From: Methanobacteriota archaeon
Lineage (GTDB): Archaea; Methanobacteriota; Methanobacteria; Methanobacteriales; Methanobacteriaceae
Length of the DNA: 64,000 bases
Assembly: GCA_963787255.1 (NCBI GenBank)
Contig: CAWBCJ010000025.1
Coordinates: 192,001-256,000, forward strand
Direction of reading: 5' to 3'
Positions 1-9,343 of the stretch are shown here, one piece after another; position 1 is the first letter of the stretch; each line of letters begins with the position of its first letter. The position numbers were made by a program, and so were the translations under genes. Under the pieces are notes generated by a model. That model did no database searches, was not told the DNA's origin, and was given only the letters and a program-made list of their open reading frames with translations.

Positions 1-333
1 AAATTGGTCAGGGTTATTAAAGGAAAAGTCTTTGATGTAGCTGTTGATTTAAGAAAAGATTCACCTACTTATGGTCAATGGGAAGGAGTAATATTATCTG
101 AAAAGAATAAAAAGCAGTTTTATGTACCTGAAGGATTTGCACACGGCTTTTTAGTATTATCAGATAAGGCTGAATTTACTTATAAATGCACAGACTTTTA
201 TGATGCTGAAGATGAAGGTGGAATTCTTTGGAACGACCCAGACATAGGTATTGAATGGCCTATAGATGAAGTTGTTTTATCAGATAAGGATAAACAGTGG
301 AAAACATTGAAAGAAACAACCACGAATTTTTAG
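1..333 (+). CDS. rmlC: dTDP-4-dehydrorhamnose 3,5-epimerase (5'-truncated by window edge)
   Basis: Motifs KLVRVxxGxVFDVAVDLR, VPEGFAHGF, YKCTDFY and WNDPDIGIEWP; directly upstream of rmlB. Confidence 0.95.
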   Translation, partial: KLVRVIKGKVFDVAVDLRKDSPTYGQWEGVILSEKNKKQFYVPEGFAHGFLVLSDKAEFTYKCTDFYDAEDEGGILWNDPDIGIEWPIDEVVLSDKDKQWKTLKETTTNF

Positions 334-384
334 ATATTAATAATGCTTCTATGATTTAAATTTTATTAGAGGGAGAATATTATT

Positions 385-1392
385 ATGGAAAAGATATTAG
401 TTACGGGAGGGGCAGGATTTATAGGAAGCAATTTTGTAAGATATATGCTAGATAAATACAGAAATTATGAAATTGTAAATTTAGATGCCCTCACTTACTG
501 CGGAAATCTTGAAAATTTAAGTGGAATTGAGGATAATCCTAATTATACTTTTGTTAAAGGAGATATAACTGATAAAGAATTAGTTTACAAAATTGCAGCG
601 GATATAGATTATATTGTAAATTTTGCTGCTGAATCTCATGTAGATCGTAGTATTGAGGATCCAGAGATTTTTATTAAGTCAAATATTTTGGGAACACAGG
701 TTCTTTTAGATGCAGCTAAAGAATATGATATTAAAAAATATTTACAGGTTTCTACTGACGAAGTTTACGGTTCATTAGGTAAGACTGGCTATTTTAGGGA
801 AGATACTCCTTTAGCTCCTAATAGTCCTTATTCTGCAAGTAAAGCTGGGGCTGATTTAATGGTTAGGGCATATAATAAAACATTTGATTTGCCGGTAAAT
901 ATTACCCGATGTTCCAATAATTACGGTCCCTATCAATTTCCAGAAAAGCTAATTCCTTTAATGATATCCAATGCTCTTGAAAATGAGCCGCTTCCAGTAT
1001 ATGGTGATGGAATGAACATAAGGGACTGGCTGCATGTATACGATCATTGTACGGCCATAGATCTAGTGCTTCATAAAGGAACGGTAGAAGAAGTTTACAA
1101 TATTGGTGGAAATAACGAGAAAGCCAATATAGAAATTGTAAAATTAATTCTTGAAAACCTAGGAAAGAGCGAATCTCTAATTAAATATGTTAAAGATAGG
1201 CTTGGTCATGATAGGCGATATGCTATAGATTCCACAAAAATACAGGAAGAATTGGGATGGAAACCAAAATACACCTTTGAAACAGGTATAACTGAAACAA
1301 TAACCTGGTATTTAAATAATAAAGAATGGTGGAAGAGAATAAAAAGTGGAATATACGTGGAATATTATGAGAAGATGTATTTAAATAGATGA
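385..1392 (+). CDS. rmlB: dTDP-glucose 4,6-dehydratase
   Basis: GGAGFIG, NFAAESHVDRSI, STDEVYG, PYSASKA, NNYGPYQFPEKLIP, GHDRRYA; RBS GGAG. Confidence 0.97.
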   Translation: MEKILVTGGAGFIGSNFVRYMLDKYRNYEIVNLDALTYCGNLENLSGIEDNPNYTFVKGDITDKELVYKIAADIDYIVNFAAESHVDRSIEDPEIFIKSNILGTQVLLDAAKEYDIKKYLQVSTDEVYGSLGKTGYFREDTPLAPNSPYSASKAGADLMVRAYNKTFDLPVNITRCSNNYGPYQFPEKLIPLMISNALENEPLPVYGDGMNIRDWLHVYDHCTAIDLVLHKGTVEEVYNIGGNNEKANIEIVKLILENLGKSESLIKYVKDRLGHDRRYAIDSTKIQEELGWKPKYTFETGITETITWYLNNKEWWKRIKSGIYVEYYEKMYLNR

Positions 1393-1465
1393 TTTTATTT
1401 TTACAGCCTATCATTTTAATTAAAAGAATCTAAAAGAATGTTTAAAAAACTGCTTTTAACATAAT

Positions 1466-1858
1466 TCAGGTTTTTAGATTATTAATATATTCTTTAACCT
1501 CTTTAATTTGTTGAAGATAGTCGTCTATTATGTAAATAATCTTTCTGTAATGTTCCAGTTTCTTTTGTCGTTTTTTATCTAAAGATTTTCTTCGGGATGC
1601 TATTTTTGTTTTTTTAAGACCGAGGAAAGAAGATTGATTCTGGTTGGAATCTAAATATTTCAGTGTAATTGCCCTCATATCTCCAGAAATGCAATGCGTG
1701 ATTTCAAGTAAAGCTTCCTCTAATTGTTCAAGATTTACCAAAGTTAACCTTGCCTCAAAAATAGAGGATGTTTTTAATTCAAAACTCTCTATATCTAATT
1801 TATTTATCTTATTTTGATAATCTTTTGGTTTTAATATTTTATTTTCACTTGAGGGCAT
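1466..1858 (-). CDS. hypothetical helical, basic protein
   Basis: 130-aa ORF with normal codon usage; no family recognised. Confidence 0.7.
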   Translation of the reverse strand: MPSSENKILKPKDYQNKINKLDIESFELKTSSIFEARLTLVNLEQLEEALLEITHCISGDMRAITLKYLDSNQNQSSFLGLKKTKIASRRKSLDKKRQKKLEHYRKIIYIIDDYLQQIKEVKEYINNLKT

Positions 1859-2232
1859 GATTTGTTATTATAAAATAACTAATATAAATCTATAGTGCTT
1901 TTATTAAGTTTTGAATATCTGAATAATATTTAGAAGCGATTAAAATTAAATGTCTGGGTGGTATAAACTCTTATTTTCTGTTTAAAAAGCCTATTTTTAA
2001 TTAAAAAAAATAGTTAGTTTATTAATATTTAAAAACAAAAAAAATGGAGATGGATCATGGGTTCCATTGAAATACTCCTTTGCAGTGCTCCTGACCATAA
2101 TATCAGTCAAAAAATATCTGGAAAACTTTGATGAAACCCACCAGGTCGATGTTGATCATGAAGATGGTGATTCTAAAAAATTAAAAGAAATAAATTAACT
2201 AATTTAAGGGAGTATAATTAAAAATTTAAATT

Positions 2233-2631
2233 CTATAAATATTTCTTTTTTATATTTTCAAATTCTTCTTCTGTGATTGCCCCAGCATCTAATAATTCTT
2301 TTGCTTTTTTTATTTCATCCATAGAACTAGGTTGATTTGACTTTCCAAGTTGTTCATTCCGAGTTTCTTTTAGTTTGTTTCTTAAAACTGTTACAAAAGC
2401 ATCGCCTTCGTTTTTGTTGATTCTTTCAACTTCAATTGTCATCCCTGAAGTTGATATTTCAAGATCTCCAAATAAAATACCTTTTTTAAAGTCTATACCT
2501 GTAATATCTTCATATTCTACAAATTGTTCTCCTTTGTTTCTTCCGATTAATCTTCCTGTCTTTTTAAGGCTTAGACCGTCCTTTTCAAGTTTTAATTCTA
2601 TTTTATTACCTTCATGATGTCCCACAACCAT
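2233..2631 (-). CDS. PH-like domain plus C-terminal SHOCT domain protein
   Basis: C-terminal DEIKKAKELLDAGAITEEEFENIKKKYL is a SHOCT signature; ITGIDFKKGILFGDLEI is bacterial PH-like. Start moved to ATG 2631 behind GGAAGTGA. Confidence 0.85.
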   Translation of the reverse strand: MVVGHHEGNKIELKLEKDGLSLKKTGRLIGRNKGEQFVEYEDITGIDFKKGILFGDLEISTSGMTIEVERINKNEGDAFVTVLRNKLKETRNEQLGKSNQPSSMDEIKKAKELLDAGAITEEEFENIKKKYL

Positions 2632-2776
2632 ATTTTTCACTTCCTTTAATCTTTTTTTATGTGATAAATGAAATATTAATAGTTTATTATATCGCATAAT
2701 AAAAATAAATAATTATTTATATTCAATAAGAGATTTTTAATAATAAGTTTAATAGTAATTAAGTTGAGGTTTCAAA

Positions 2777-3298
2777 ATGGCTGAAAGTAAAAATGTTTTT
2801 ATAGGAATTCTAGCAATAATATTAGGTTTAATAATTATTATGTTCCCTTTAATCAGTGTTTTCACAGTTAGTGACATTGTAGGTATTGGAATAATATTTT
2901 TGGGAATCTGGCTCATTTTACACGGTTTTAAAATATGGGAAAAAAATTTAGCAGGAGCTGTAGCTGACTTAATACTAGCAGTTTTTGCTATAATATTTGG
3001 AATAGTGTTTATTGGAGATATAAAAGCATTTGAATTCTTTACATTTATAGCACTTTATATTGTCGGGTTCTTCATAGCATTAGCAGGTGTAACGTCATTA
3101 ATATCCGGTGAAAGTCTTAAAGAAAAAGCTATAGGAGCTTTAGGGATTATAATAGGCATTTTATTTGTAGTAATAGGGTCATATGTTAATAATCCATTAG
3201 TTTTAGCTGCATTAATCGGCGCTTTCTTAATAATAGCAGGCATACTTGAAATTTTCGATAAATTCGAGGAAATAAGTGCACCAATTACAGATAAATGA
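2777..3298 (+). CDS. HdeD/DUF308 family membrane protein
   Basis: Six TM helices with repeated GILAIILGLII..FP and GIIIGIL patterns typical of DUF308; RBS GAGGT. Confidence 0.85.
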   Translation: MAESKNVFIGILAIILGLIIIMFPLISVFTVSDIVGIGIIFLGIWLILHGFKIWEKNLAGAVADLILAVFAIIFGIVFIGDIKAFEFFTFIALYIVGFFIALAGVTSLISGESLKEKAIGALGIIIGILFVVIGSYVNNPLVLAALIGAFLIIAGILEIFDKFEEISAPITDK

Positions 3299-3372
3299 AC
3301 AAATAATATAAAAATATTATGAAAATTTTTTTATAACCAAAGGAACTTAAAAAAAGGAAAAATGTTGATTAT

Positions 3373-4269
3373 ATGGTAAATTCGGATAAAGATAAACTTC
3401 CAAGCTGGAATGATGGATTAACTAAACAATCCATCATTAATTTTTTAAAATCCACTTCAACAAAGGGCCCGGAATATATTAAACCAGAAGACCGTATTGC
3501 AACGTTTGACAATGATGGTACACTTTGGGTTGAACAGCCAGCTCCTGTTCAGGTTGATTTTATGTTCCGTGCTTTCCTTAAGGCAACACGGGAAGATCCG
3601 TCTTTAGCAGATAAGCAACCATACAAAGCCATAATAGAGAAGGACAGGAATTATTTATCCCAAGTAGTAGAGCAACGTCCTGATACTGTCTTGGATCTAG
3701 AAAATGCTTTGGCCTGTGTATGGGGTGGGAAAACCCCTGATGAATTCGAAGAAGAAGTTAAAAAATTCATAAATACAGCCAAACAGGTAAAATACTCTGT
3801 TTATTACACTGATCTGGTTTATAGGCCCATGCTTGAACTTTTGGACTTATTAAGGACATATGAATACAGAATATTTGTGTGTGCCAGCGGTGATCGTGAT
3901 TTTATACGAGTAATAGCTGAGGAAGCATGGGGAATTTCCAAGGAGAATGTTATAGGAATGGCACCAGAGTTTGAGTACAAAAAAGGATCGCTTAAACGGA
4001 GGAATAAAGTCCTTGGGGGTATTTCATTGGGTCCCGGAAAGGTTGAACATATTTTTGCACGTACTGGACGTCTGCCGGTTTTTGCAGCAGGTAACAGTGA
4101 TGGAGATATAGAAATGCTGGATTGTGCAAAATTCAAACTTTTAGTAAAACACGATGATGCACAACGCGAGTATTCCTATGATAAAGGGGCAGAAAGAGCA
4201 CTTAATATAGCAAAGGATAAAGATTATAAAATTGTAAGTATAAAGAAAGATTGGAAAGAGATTTTTTAA
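3373..4269 (+). CDS. HAD-family hydrolase (nonspecific acid phosphatase-like)
   Basis: LPSWNDG, HAD motif I FDNDGTLWVEQP, GNSDGDIEML, HDDAQREYSY. Confidence 0.88.
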   Translation: MVNSDKDKLPSWNDGLTKQSIINFLKSTSTKGPEYIKPEDRIATFDNDGTLWVEQPAPVQVDFMFRAFLKATREDPSLADKQPYKAIIEKDRNYLSQVVEQRPDTVLDLENALACVWGGKTPDEFEEEVKKFINTAKQVKYSVYYTDLVYRPMLELLDLLRTYEYRIFVCASGDRDFIRVIAEEAWGISKENVIGMAPEFEYKKGSLKRRNKVLGGISLGPGKVEHIFARTGRLPVFAAGNSDGDIEMLDCAKFKLLVKHDDAQREYSYDKGAERALNIAKDKDYKIVSIKKDWKEIF

Positions 4270-4350
4270 GATTAAAACAGATATATCAACAATGTTTTTA
4301 AGTTTTTAATAATCGAATATGATCTAAATATAATATGGGGATGAAAAACA

Positions 4351-5139
4351 ATGAAAAGAAACCCTCAAGTAATTTTTGAAGCGTTATTATCTGTTTTGAT
4401 TATAGTTGACATTTTATTTTTGGGTTTAATGACTGTAGGGTTTACTGTAGGTATAAAAAATCTTTCAATTTTTAATATTGGCAGTTTCGATCTTATGGTT
4501 GCATTTTTGATACTGGTTGATTTCATACTTTTTAGAACTAAAAAAAGAAAATTAAGTAAAAGCAATTGGCAATTCATTAGAAATAATTGGGCTTATGTAG
4601 TTTCTATAATTCCAGTAGCTTTTATCTGCTTTAATATACTTGATTTATTTGAATTTACCATAATAATTGCTTTAATTGAAATTTTCAGGATATATGCCAT
4701 ATATAAAGTTCTTTTAATAATTTCCAGGGAAGTTCGTAAGTATCCTTCAAAAACAAAATTAGATTATGCTACATTCATTTTATTATTAGTTCTTTTAATT
4801 GGTTCATATCTTTTCTTTATCATTGAAAAGAGTGTTAACCCTGAAGTTCCAAGTTTTGAATCTGCAATGTGGTTCTCCATAGTGTCCATGACTACAACAG
4901 GCTATGGAGATATCACTCCAGTCACCTTTACCGGAAGAATAATTGCAGTAATCATAATTTTAACAGGTATGGGTTATCTTAGTCTGGTTACTGCTACATT
5001 GGCTTATTCTTTTATTGATTTGTTTAGAAAGGAGAGTCGTAAAGCTGGAGAAAGGTTAGAAAAAAGAGCTGCCAGTTATGAAGAAAAGGTTGATGATGTC
5101 ATGGCTAAACTGGATGAAATAGAGAAAAAACTGGATTAA
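4351..5139 (+). CDS. potassium channel (6TM-like with C-terminal coiled coil)
   Basis: Selectivity filter WFSIVSMTTTGYGDITP; N-terminal TM helices; C-terminal VDDVMAKLDEIEKKLD. Confidence 0.92.
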   Translation: MKRNPQVIFEALLSVLIIVDILFLGLMTVGFTVGIKNLSIFNIGSFDLMVAFLILVDFILFRTKKRKLSKSNWQFIRNNWAYVVSIIPVAFICFNILDLFEFTIIIALIEIFRIYAIYKVLLIISREVRKYPSKTKLDYATFILLLVLLIGSYLFFIIEKSVNPEVPSFESAMWFSIVSMTTTGYGDITPVTFTGRIIAVIIILTGMGYLSLVTATLAYSFIDLFRKESRKAGERLEKRAASYEEKVDDVMAKLDEIEKKLD

Positions 5140-5402
5140 AAAAAGAATCTGAAGAAATAGAATATTATAATTGGATTACATATACTATATTTTTTTTACA
5201 ATAAACTTTTAATTTATTGTATTACTTATAAAATGCAATACTATGAATTTTTATTTATAAAATTATTTGTTTTTTAGAAGTAAAATTTTATTATTTCTAG
5301 TATTAATAGCACATTTATATGAAATTAAGGATAAATATGAACATTATAAGATGAAATATTAAATTTTAAAAGCTGCACAGTAAAACTAAGGGGATTAATT
5401 GA

Positions 5403-6791
5403 ATGTTATCTGATAAAAAAAATTTAGATAAAATGAAAAAAGCAGAAAAAGAAGAAACTACCACCTATGGGAGCAGATATTTTGCTAAAAGCGTTCCTAA
5501 ATTTGAAATGCCTGAAGAAGGCATGCCTGCAAGAGCAGCATACCAAATTATTCATGATGAACTGAATCTAGACGGTAATCCTGCTTTAAATTTAGCGAGC
5601 TTTGTTACTACCTGGATGGAGCCAGAAGCAGACATGCTCATTAAAGAAAGTATGGATAAAAACTTTGTAGATAACGACGAATACCCTCAAACAGAAAAAA
5701 TACAGACCAGGGTAATTAACATGCTGGCCCGACTATTCAATTCTCCAGAAAATTGTTATTCCATTGGAACAGGAACCATTGGTTCATCTGAAGCCATTAT
5801 GTTAGGTCTTTTAGCCCATAAATGGACCTGGAAAAAAAGGAGACAAGCAGAAGGCAAACCGTATAACAATCCAAATATTGTTATGGGAGCGGATGTCCAT
5901 ACAGTTTGGGAGAAGTTTGCACTATATTTTGATGTAGAATTGAAGCTCATACCCCTAAAAGAAGATAATTACATAATATCTGCAGAAGATGTTGCAGCTG
6001 AAGTGGATGAAAATACTATAGCTGTAGGAGTGGTTGTTGGAACTACATTTACAGGACAAATGGATCCTATAAGCGAAATAAATGATGCATTAATTGAAAT
6101 AAAAAAAGATAAAGGCATTGACATACCTATACACGTTGATGGTGCAAGCGGAGGATTTGTATTACCATTCCTACTTCCTGATCTTGAATGGGATTTCAGA
6201 CTTGAGCAAGTAAGATCAATAAATGTTTCCGGACATAAATACGGTCTTGTTTATCCAGGAATCGGATGGTTAATATTTAAAGATAAAACAGACCTTCCTG
6301 AAGATCTTATATTTAATATAAATTATTTGGGAGGTACAATGCCTAATTATTCATTGAACTTCTCCAAGGGTAGCAGTACCATAATAGCACAATATTACAA
6401 CTTTATACGGCTTGGTTTTAAGGGTTATCGAGATATTATGAAAAATATGTCAGAAAATGCTAAATATCTTGCAGATAAACTCCAAAAAAGCGGTAAATTT
6501 GAAATCATCAACAAGGATGTTATGTTTCCTTTAATTTCTGTAAAATTAAAAAACTGTAATTTTACCGCATTCCAACTATCAGAAAAGCTCAGAGAGAAAG
6601 GATGGATAATACCAGCATACACCCTCCCACCAAATGCAGATGACGTCACTGTTTTGCGAATGGTCATTAAAGAAAGTTTCAGCAGAGATATGGTAGATAT
6701 GCTATTTGATGATTTAATGGAAGGATGTGAACTCCTAGATAAGTTAAATGAAAAACCAGTGGAAAAAGAAAGCCATTCATTACTTTATTAG
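5403..6791 (+). CDS. gadB: glutamate decarboxylase (PLP-dependent, bacterial GadA/B type)
   Basis: [42 protein letters not shown] lysine in [17 protein letters not shown]. Confidence 0.93.
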   Translation: MLSDKKNLDKMKKAEKEETTTYGSRYFAKSVPKFEMPEEGMPARAAYQIIHDELNLDGNPALNLASFVTTWMEPEADMLIKESMDKNFVDNDEYPQTEKIQTRVINMLARLFNSPENCYSIGTGTIGSSEAIMLGLLAHKWTWKKRRQAEGKPYNNPNIVMGADVHTVWEKFALYFDVELKLIPLKEDNYIISAEDVAAEVDENTIAVGVVVGTTFTGQMDPISEINDALIEIKKDKGIDIPIHVDGASGGFVLPFLLPDLEWDFRLEQVRSINVSGHKYGLVYPGIGWLIFKDKTDLPEDLIFNINYLGGTMPNYSLNFSKGSSTIIAQYYNFIRLGFKGYRDIMKNMSENAKYLADKLQKSGKFEIINKDVMFPLISVKLKNCNFTAFQLSEKLREKGWIIPAYTLPPNADDVTVLRMVIKESFSRDMVDMLFDDLMEGCELLDKLNEKPVEKESHSLLY

Positions 6792-6838
6792 GCCATTTTT
6801 TTGGGGGCATAAACGATAAAAAAAAGGAGATATGAATC

Positions 6839-7186
6839 ATGAAAAAAATTGCAGGTATAATAACCGTCCTCCTAGTTTTTGTAGTTTTTACATCAGGATG
6901 TACAAGCAATAACAACACAAGTGGAAGCAGCTCAAATGTGACAGTGCAGATTATTTCTAATAACGCATGGGCTGGTGATATTTCTTATACCAATGGAGAC
7001 ATGCAGATAAATGGAACAGGAAATGCTACTTATAATTTAGGCACAAATCCAGGTCATTTAGTAGTAGGTCTACAGAATACAGGTAATGGAAATCTAACAG
7101 TTCAACTACTTCAAGGTGGAAATATAGTTGAAATCCAAACTACTTCCCAAAACAATGGGTTTGTAAAATTAGATCACAAATTCTAA
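6839..7186 (+). CDS. predicted lipoprotein / secreted beta-rich protein
   Basis: MKK + hydrophobic helix + SGC lipobox-like motif, then an Asn/Ser/Thr/Gly-rich domain; RBS AGGAG. Confidence 0.8.
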   Translation: MKKIAGIITVLLVFVVFTSGCTSNNNTSGSSSNVTVQIISNNAWAGDISYTNGDMQINGTGNATYNLGTNPGHLVVGLQNTGNGNLTVQLLQGGNIVEIQTTSQNNGFVKLDHKF

Positions 7187-7195
7187 CTTTCTTTT

Positions 7196-7353
7196 TTATT
7201 TTTCTTTATAATCAATACTTTCTGGTAGAAGAGATAGTGCTGCATTAAAAAAGCATATTGCTCCAACAAATGTTCATAAATTGACCATCAATTCATTTTT
7301 TGGAAGACTTATTGCTGGAAGAACATATGCAGATACAGATGAAGTATACCAAA
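7196..7353 (-). pseudogene. remnant of the 3' end of a membrane-protein gene
   Basis: Reads FGI/(2-nt shift)SSVSAYVLPAISLPKNELMVNL*TFVGAICFFNAALSLLPESIDYKEK*, with TGA at 7274-7276; no intact start found. Confidence 0.5.
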
Positions 7354-7594
7354 AGTCACTGATCTCACTGGCTTCTTATTTTGCTCTATACGATTATCAA
7401 TCAATCTTACTTGCCCTTTTCCGTTTTGATGTTATTGTGTTTCTCTTTTGGGTGTTTTTATGAATCTGCAGTTGGCTTCCTCAATTGCTTCTCCGAAGTG
7501 TTTTTCTCTATTTATGATAATTTTATGAGTTTTTCAATAGTTTTAAATAACAGTTATTATAATATCTTGAAAATTAGGAAGATTTAATAATTAA

Positions 7595-7638
7595 CCGGAA
7601 GGTTTTTATAAAAAATTTCCGGCGAAAGTATTATATAA
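7595..7638. promoter_or_regulatory. palindromic, possibly divergent BRE/TATA elements plus the trkH promoter
   Basis: CCGGAAGGTTTTTATAAAAAATTTCCGG near-palindrome followed by GCGAAAG-TATTATATAA (BRE-TATA). Confidence 0.55.
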
Positions 7639-7758
7639 GTGTTCAATCTATTAATACAAGGTTAAAATAGTTTATAATGCCATTATAACCGTCTATAGCT
7701 CATATTTAGCTTATAATGGTTTCTTGTCCCTATATAATGGGGAGGATGGGGTGTTTAG

Positions 7759-9243
7759 ATGCAACGTATGCATAGGTTAAGTAGAAGAGAAGCGAAAACT
7801 ATATTGCATTTTACAGGGAATACATTAATGCTTCTAGCAGTTGCAATTCTTATTCCAATTATTATTGCATTTATATATAATGAACCACGATATATAGCTC
7901 CATTTTTATATTCAGCAATTATAAGTGCTGCAATTGGGTTTTCTCTTGTTAAGTTATTCAAAGTTGAAATGAAAATGACGCTTAAAAGTGCGATGATCTT
8001 TTCAACCATTATTTGGCTGATTGCATGCGCAATAGGTGCTCTTCCATACTATTTTGCAGGAGAATTATCTTATCTTAATGCTTATTTTGAAGCCATGTCC
8101 GGTTTTACAACTACTGGTTTCAGTATGTATTCCAATTTAGATGCCGTTTCCTTTACAATGAATTTCTGGAGGGCGTTTACACAATGGATTGGAGGTCTTG
8201 GTATTATATTCCTCCTTCTGGCACTTTTAAGGTCTACTGGTGCTGATGTAATGCGTCTTTATCTTGCAGAAGGCAGAGAAGAGCGATTAAGACCAAGTAT
8301 AAAACATTCCACAAGAATCATAGTTTATATATACCTCTTTTTTACTGCAATAGCAATATCTCTATTCTTACTTTCAGGAATGCCTGTTTTTGATTCTGTA
8401 TTCCATGCATTCACTGCCCTATCTACAGGTGGGTTCGGAATGCATAATACCAGCCTTTTATTCTACAATAGCGTCTGGATAGAAATAGCAGCCATGATTG
8501 TGATGATGATTGGTGCTACAAATTTCGCACTACACTTTACAGTCCTTAAAGGAAACTGGAAAGAATATTTCAAAGATATAGAGACAAAAGTAGCATTTTC
8601 ACTAATTATAATCTCAACAATTCTCGTTACATTTGTTTTATATAACAACCAAGTCTATGGAAATGATTTACTACTTAACTTTAGATATGCTCTATTCCAG
8701 ATGGTTTCTGCTATAACCACTACAGGCCTACAAACAGCGTTCTATCCCGATTTACTGGCTAAATGGATTGGTCTTGGTACTTTCTTCCTCACCATACTCA
8801 TGATAATAGGTGCAGGTTCACTATCTACTGGTGGTGGTATCAAGTGGCTCAGATTCGGTGTTCTTTTAAAAGGAATATCCTGGCAGGTCACATCATTCAT
8901 ATTGCCGGGTAAGGCCGTAATGGCTAAAAAAATCCATCATGTTACAGAATTAAAAATTACAGATGATATTTTAAGGATAACTGGAGCATTCGTATTTACA
9001 TACTTTGTAATATACATAATAAGTGTGATTATAGTCTTGATATACTATCCTGACATATCTAGAGTAATATTTGAAGTAGCCTCCGGTTTAAGTAATGTGG
9101 GACTTGGTTCAGGTATAATTACACCTGATTCTCCAGTATTGGTAAAAATAGTTTTCATTGTGGACTTCTGGATGGGTAGGCTTGAAATATGGCCAGTATT
9201 GCTTCTTATAGCCATTACTATTAATAATATTGTCCGAAGATGA
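7759..9243 (+). CDS. trkH: TrkH-family potassium uptake membrane subunit
   Basis: Four pore motifs: FEAMSGFTTTG, ALSTGGF, SAITTTG, SGLSNVGL; also STGGGIK and MGRLEI. Confidence 0.94.
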   Translation: MQRMHRLSRREAKTILHFTGNTLMLLAVAILIPIIIAFIYNEPRYIAPFLYSAIISAAIGFSLVKLFKVEMKMTLKSAMIFSTIIWLIACAIGALPYYFAGELSYLNAYFEAMSGFTTTGFSMYSNLDAVSFTMNFWRAFTQWIGGLGIIFLLLALLRSTGADVMRLYLAEGREERLRPSIKHSTRIIVYIYLFFTAIAISLFLLSGMPVFDSVFHAFTALSTGGFGMHNTSLLFYNSVWIEIAAMIVMMIGATNFALHFTVLKGNWKEYFKDIETKVAFSLIIISTILVTFVLYNNQVYGNDLLLNFRYALFQMVSAITTTGLQTAFYPDLLAKWIGLGTFFLTILMIIGAGSLSTGGGIKWLRFGVLLKGISWQVTSFILPGKAVMAKKIHHVTELKITDDILRITGAFVFTYFVIYIISVIIVLIYYPDISRVIFEVASGLSNVGLGSGIITPDSPVLVKIVFIVDFWMGRLEIWPVLLLIAITINNIVRR

Positions 9244-9343
9244 TGTAATTTTTTTAAAAATTTTTTAGAATAAGTTTCAAATAAATAATTGTTAATTGCC
9301 ACCCATATCAATAGAGAACATCTTACGGGGAATTATAAGTCAC

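Noticed and set aside
7274-7276. In-frame TGA as selenocysteine or readthrough
   Set aside because: It lies in a fragment that also has a frameshift and no start; the context is a TM helix, and no SECIS-like element was seen.
7281-7587. Plus-strand ORFs 7281-7463 and 7381-7587
   Set aside because: No RBS or recognisable motifs; they overlap the minus-strand remnant and AT-rich intergenic DNA.
7597-7620. NrpR nitrogen operator
   Set aside because: The GGAA...TTCC spacing is 16 nt, not the 6 nt of the NrpR consensus.
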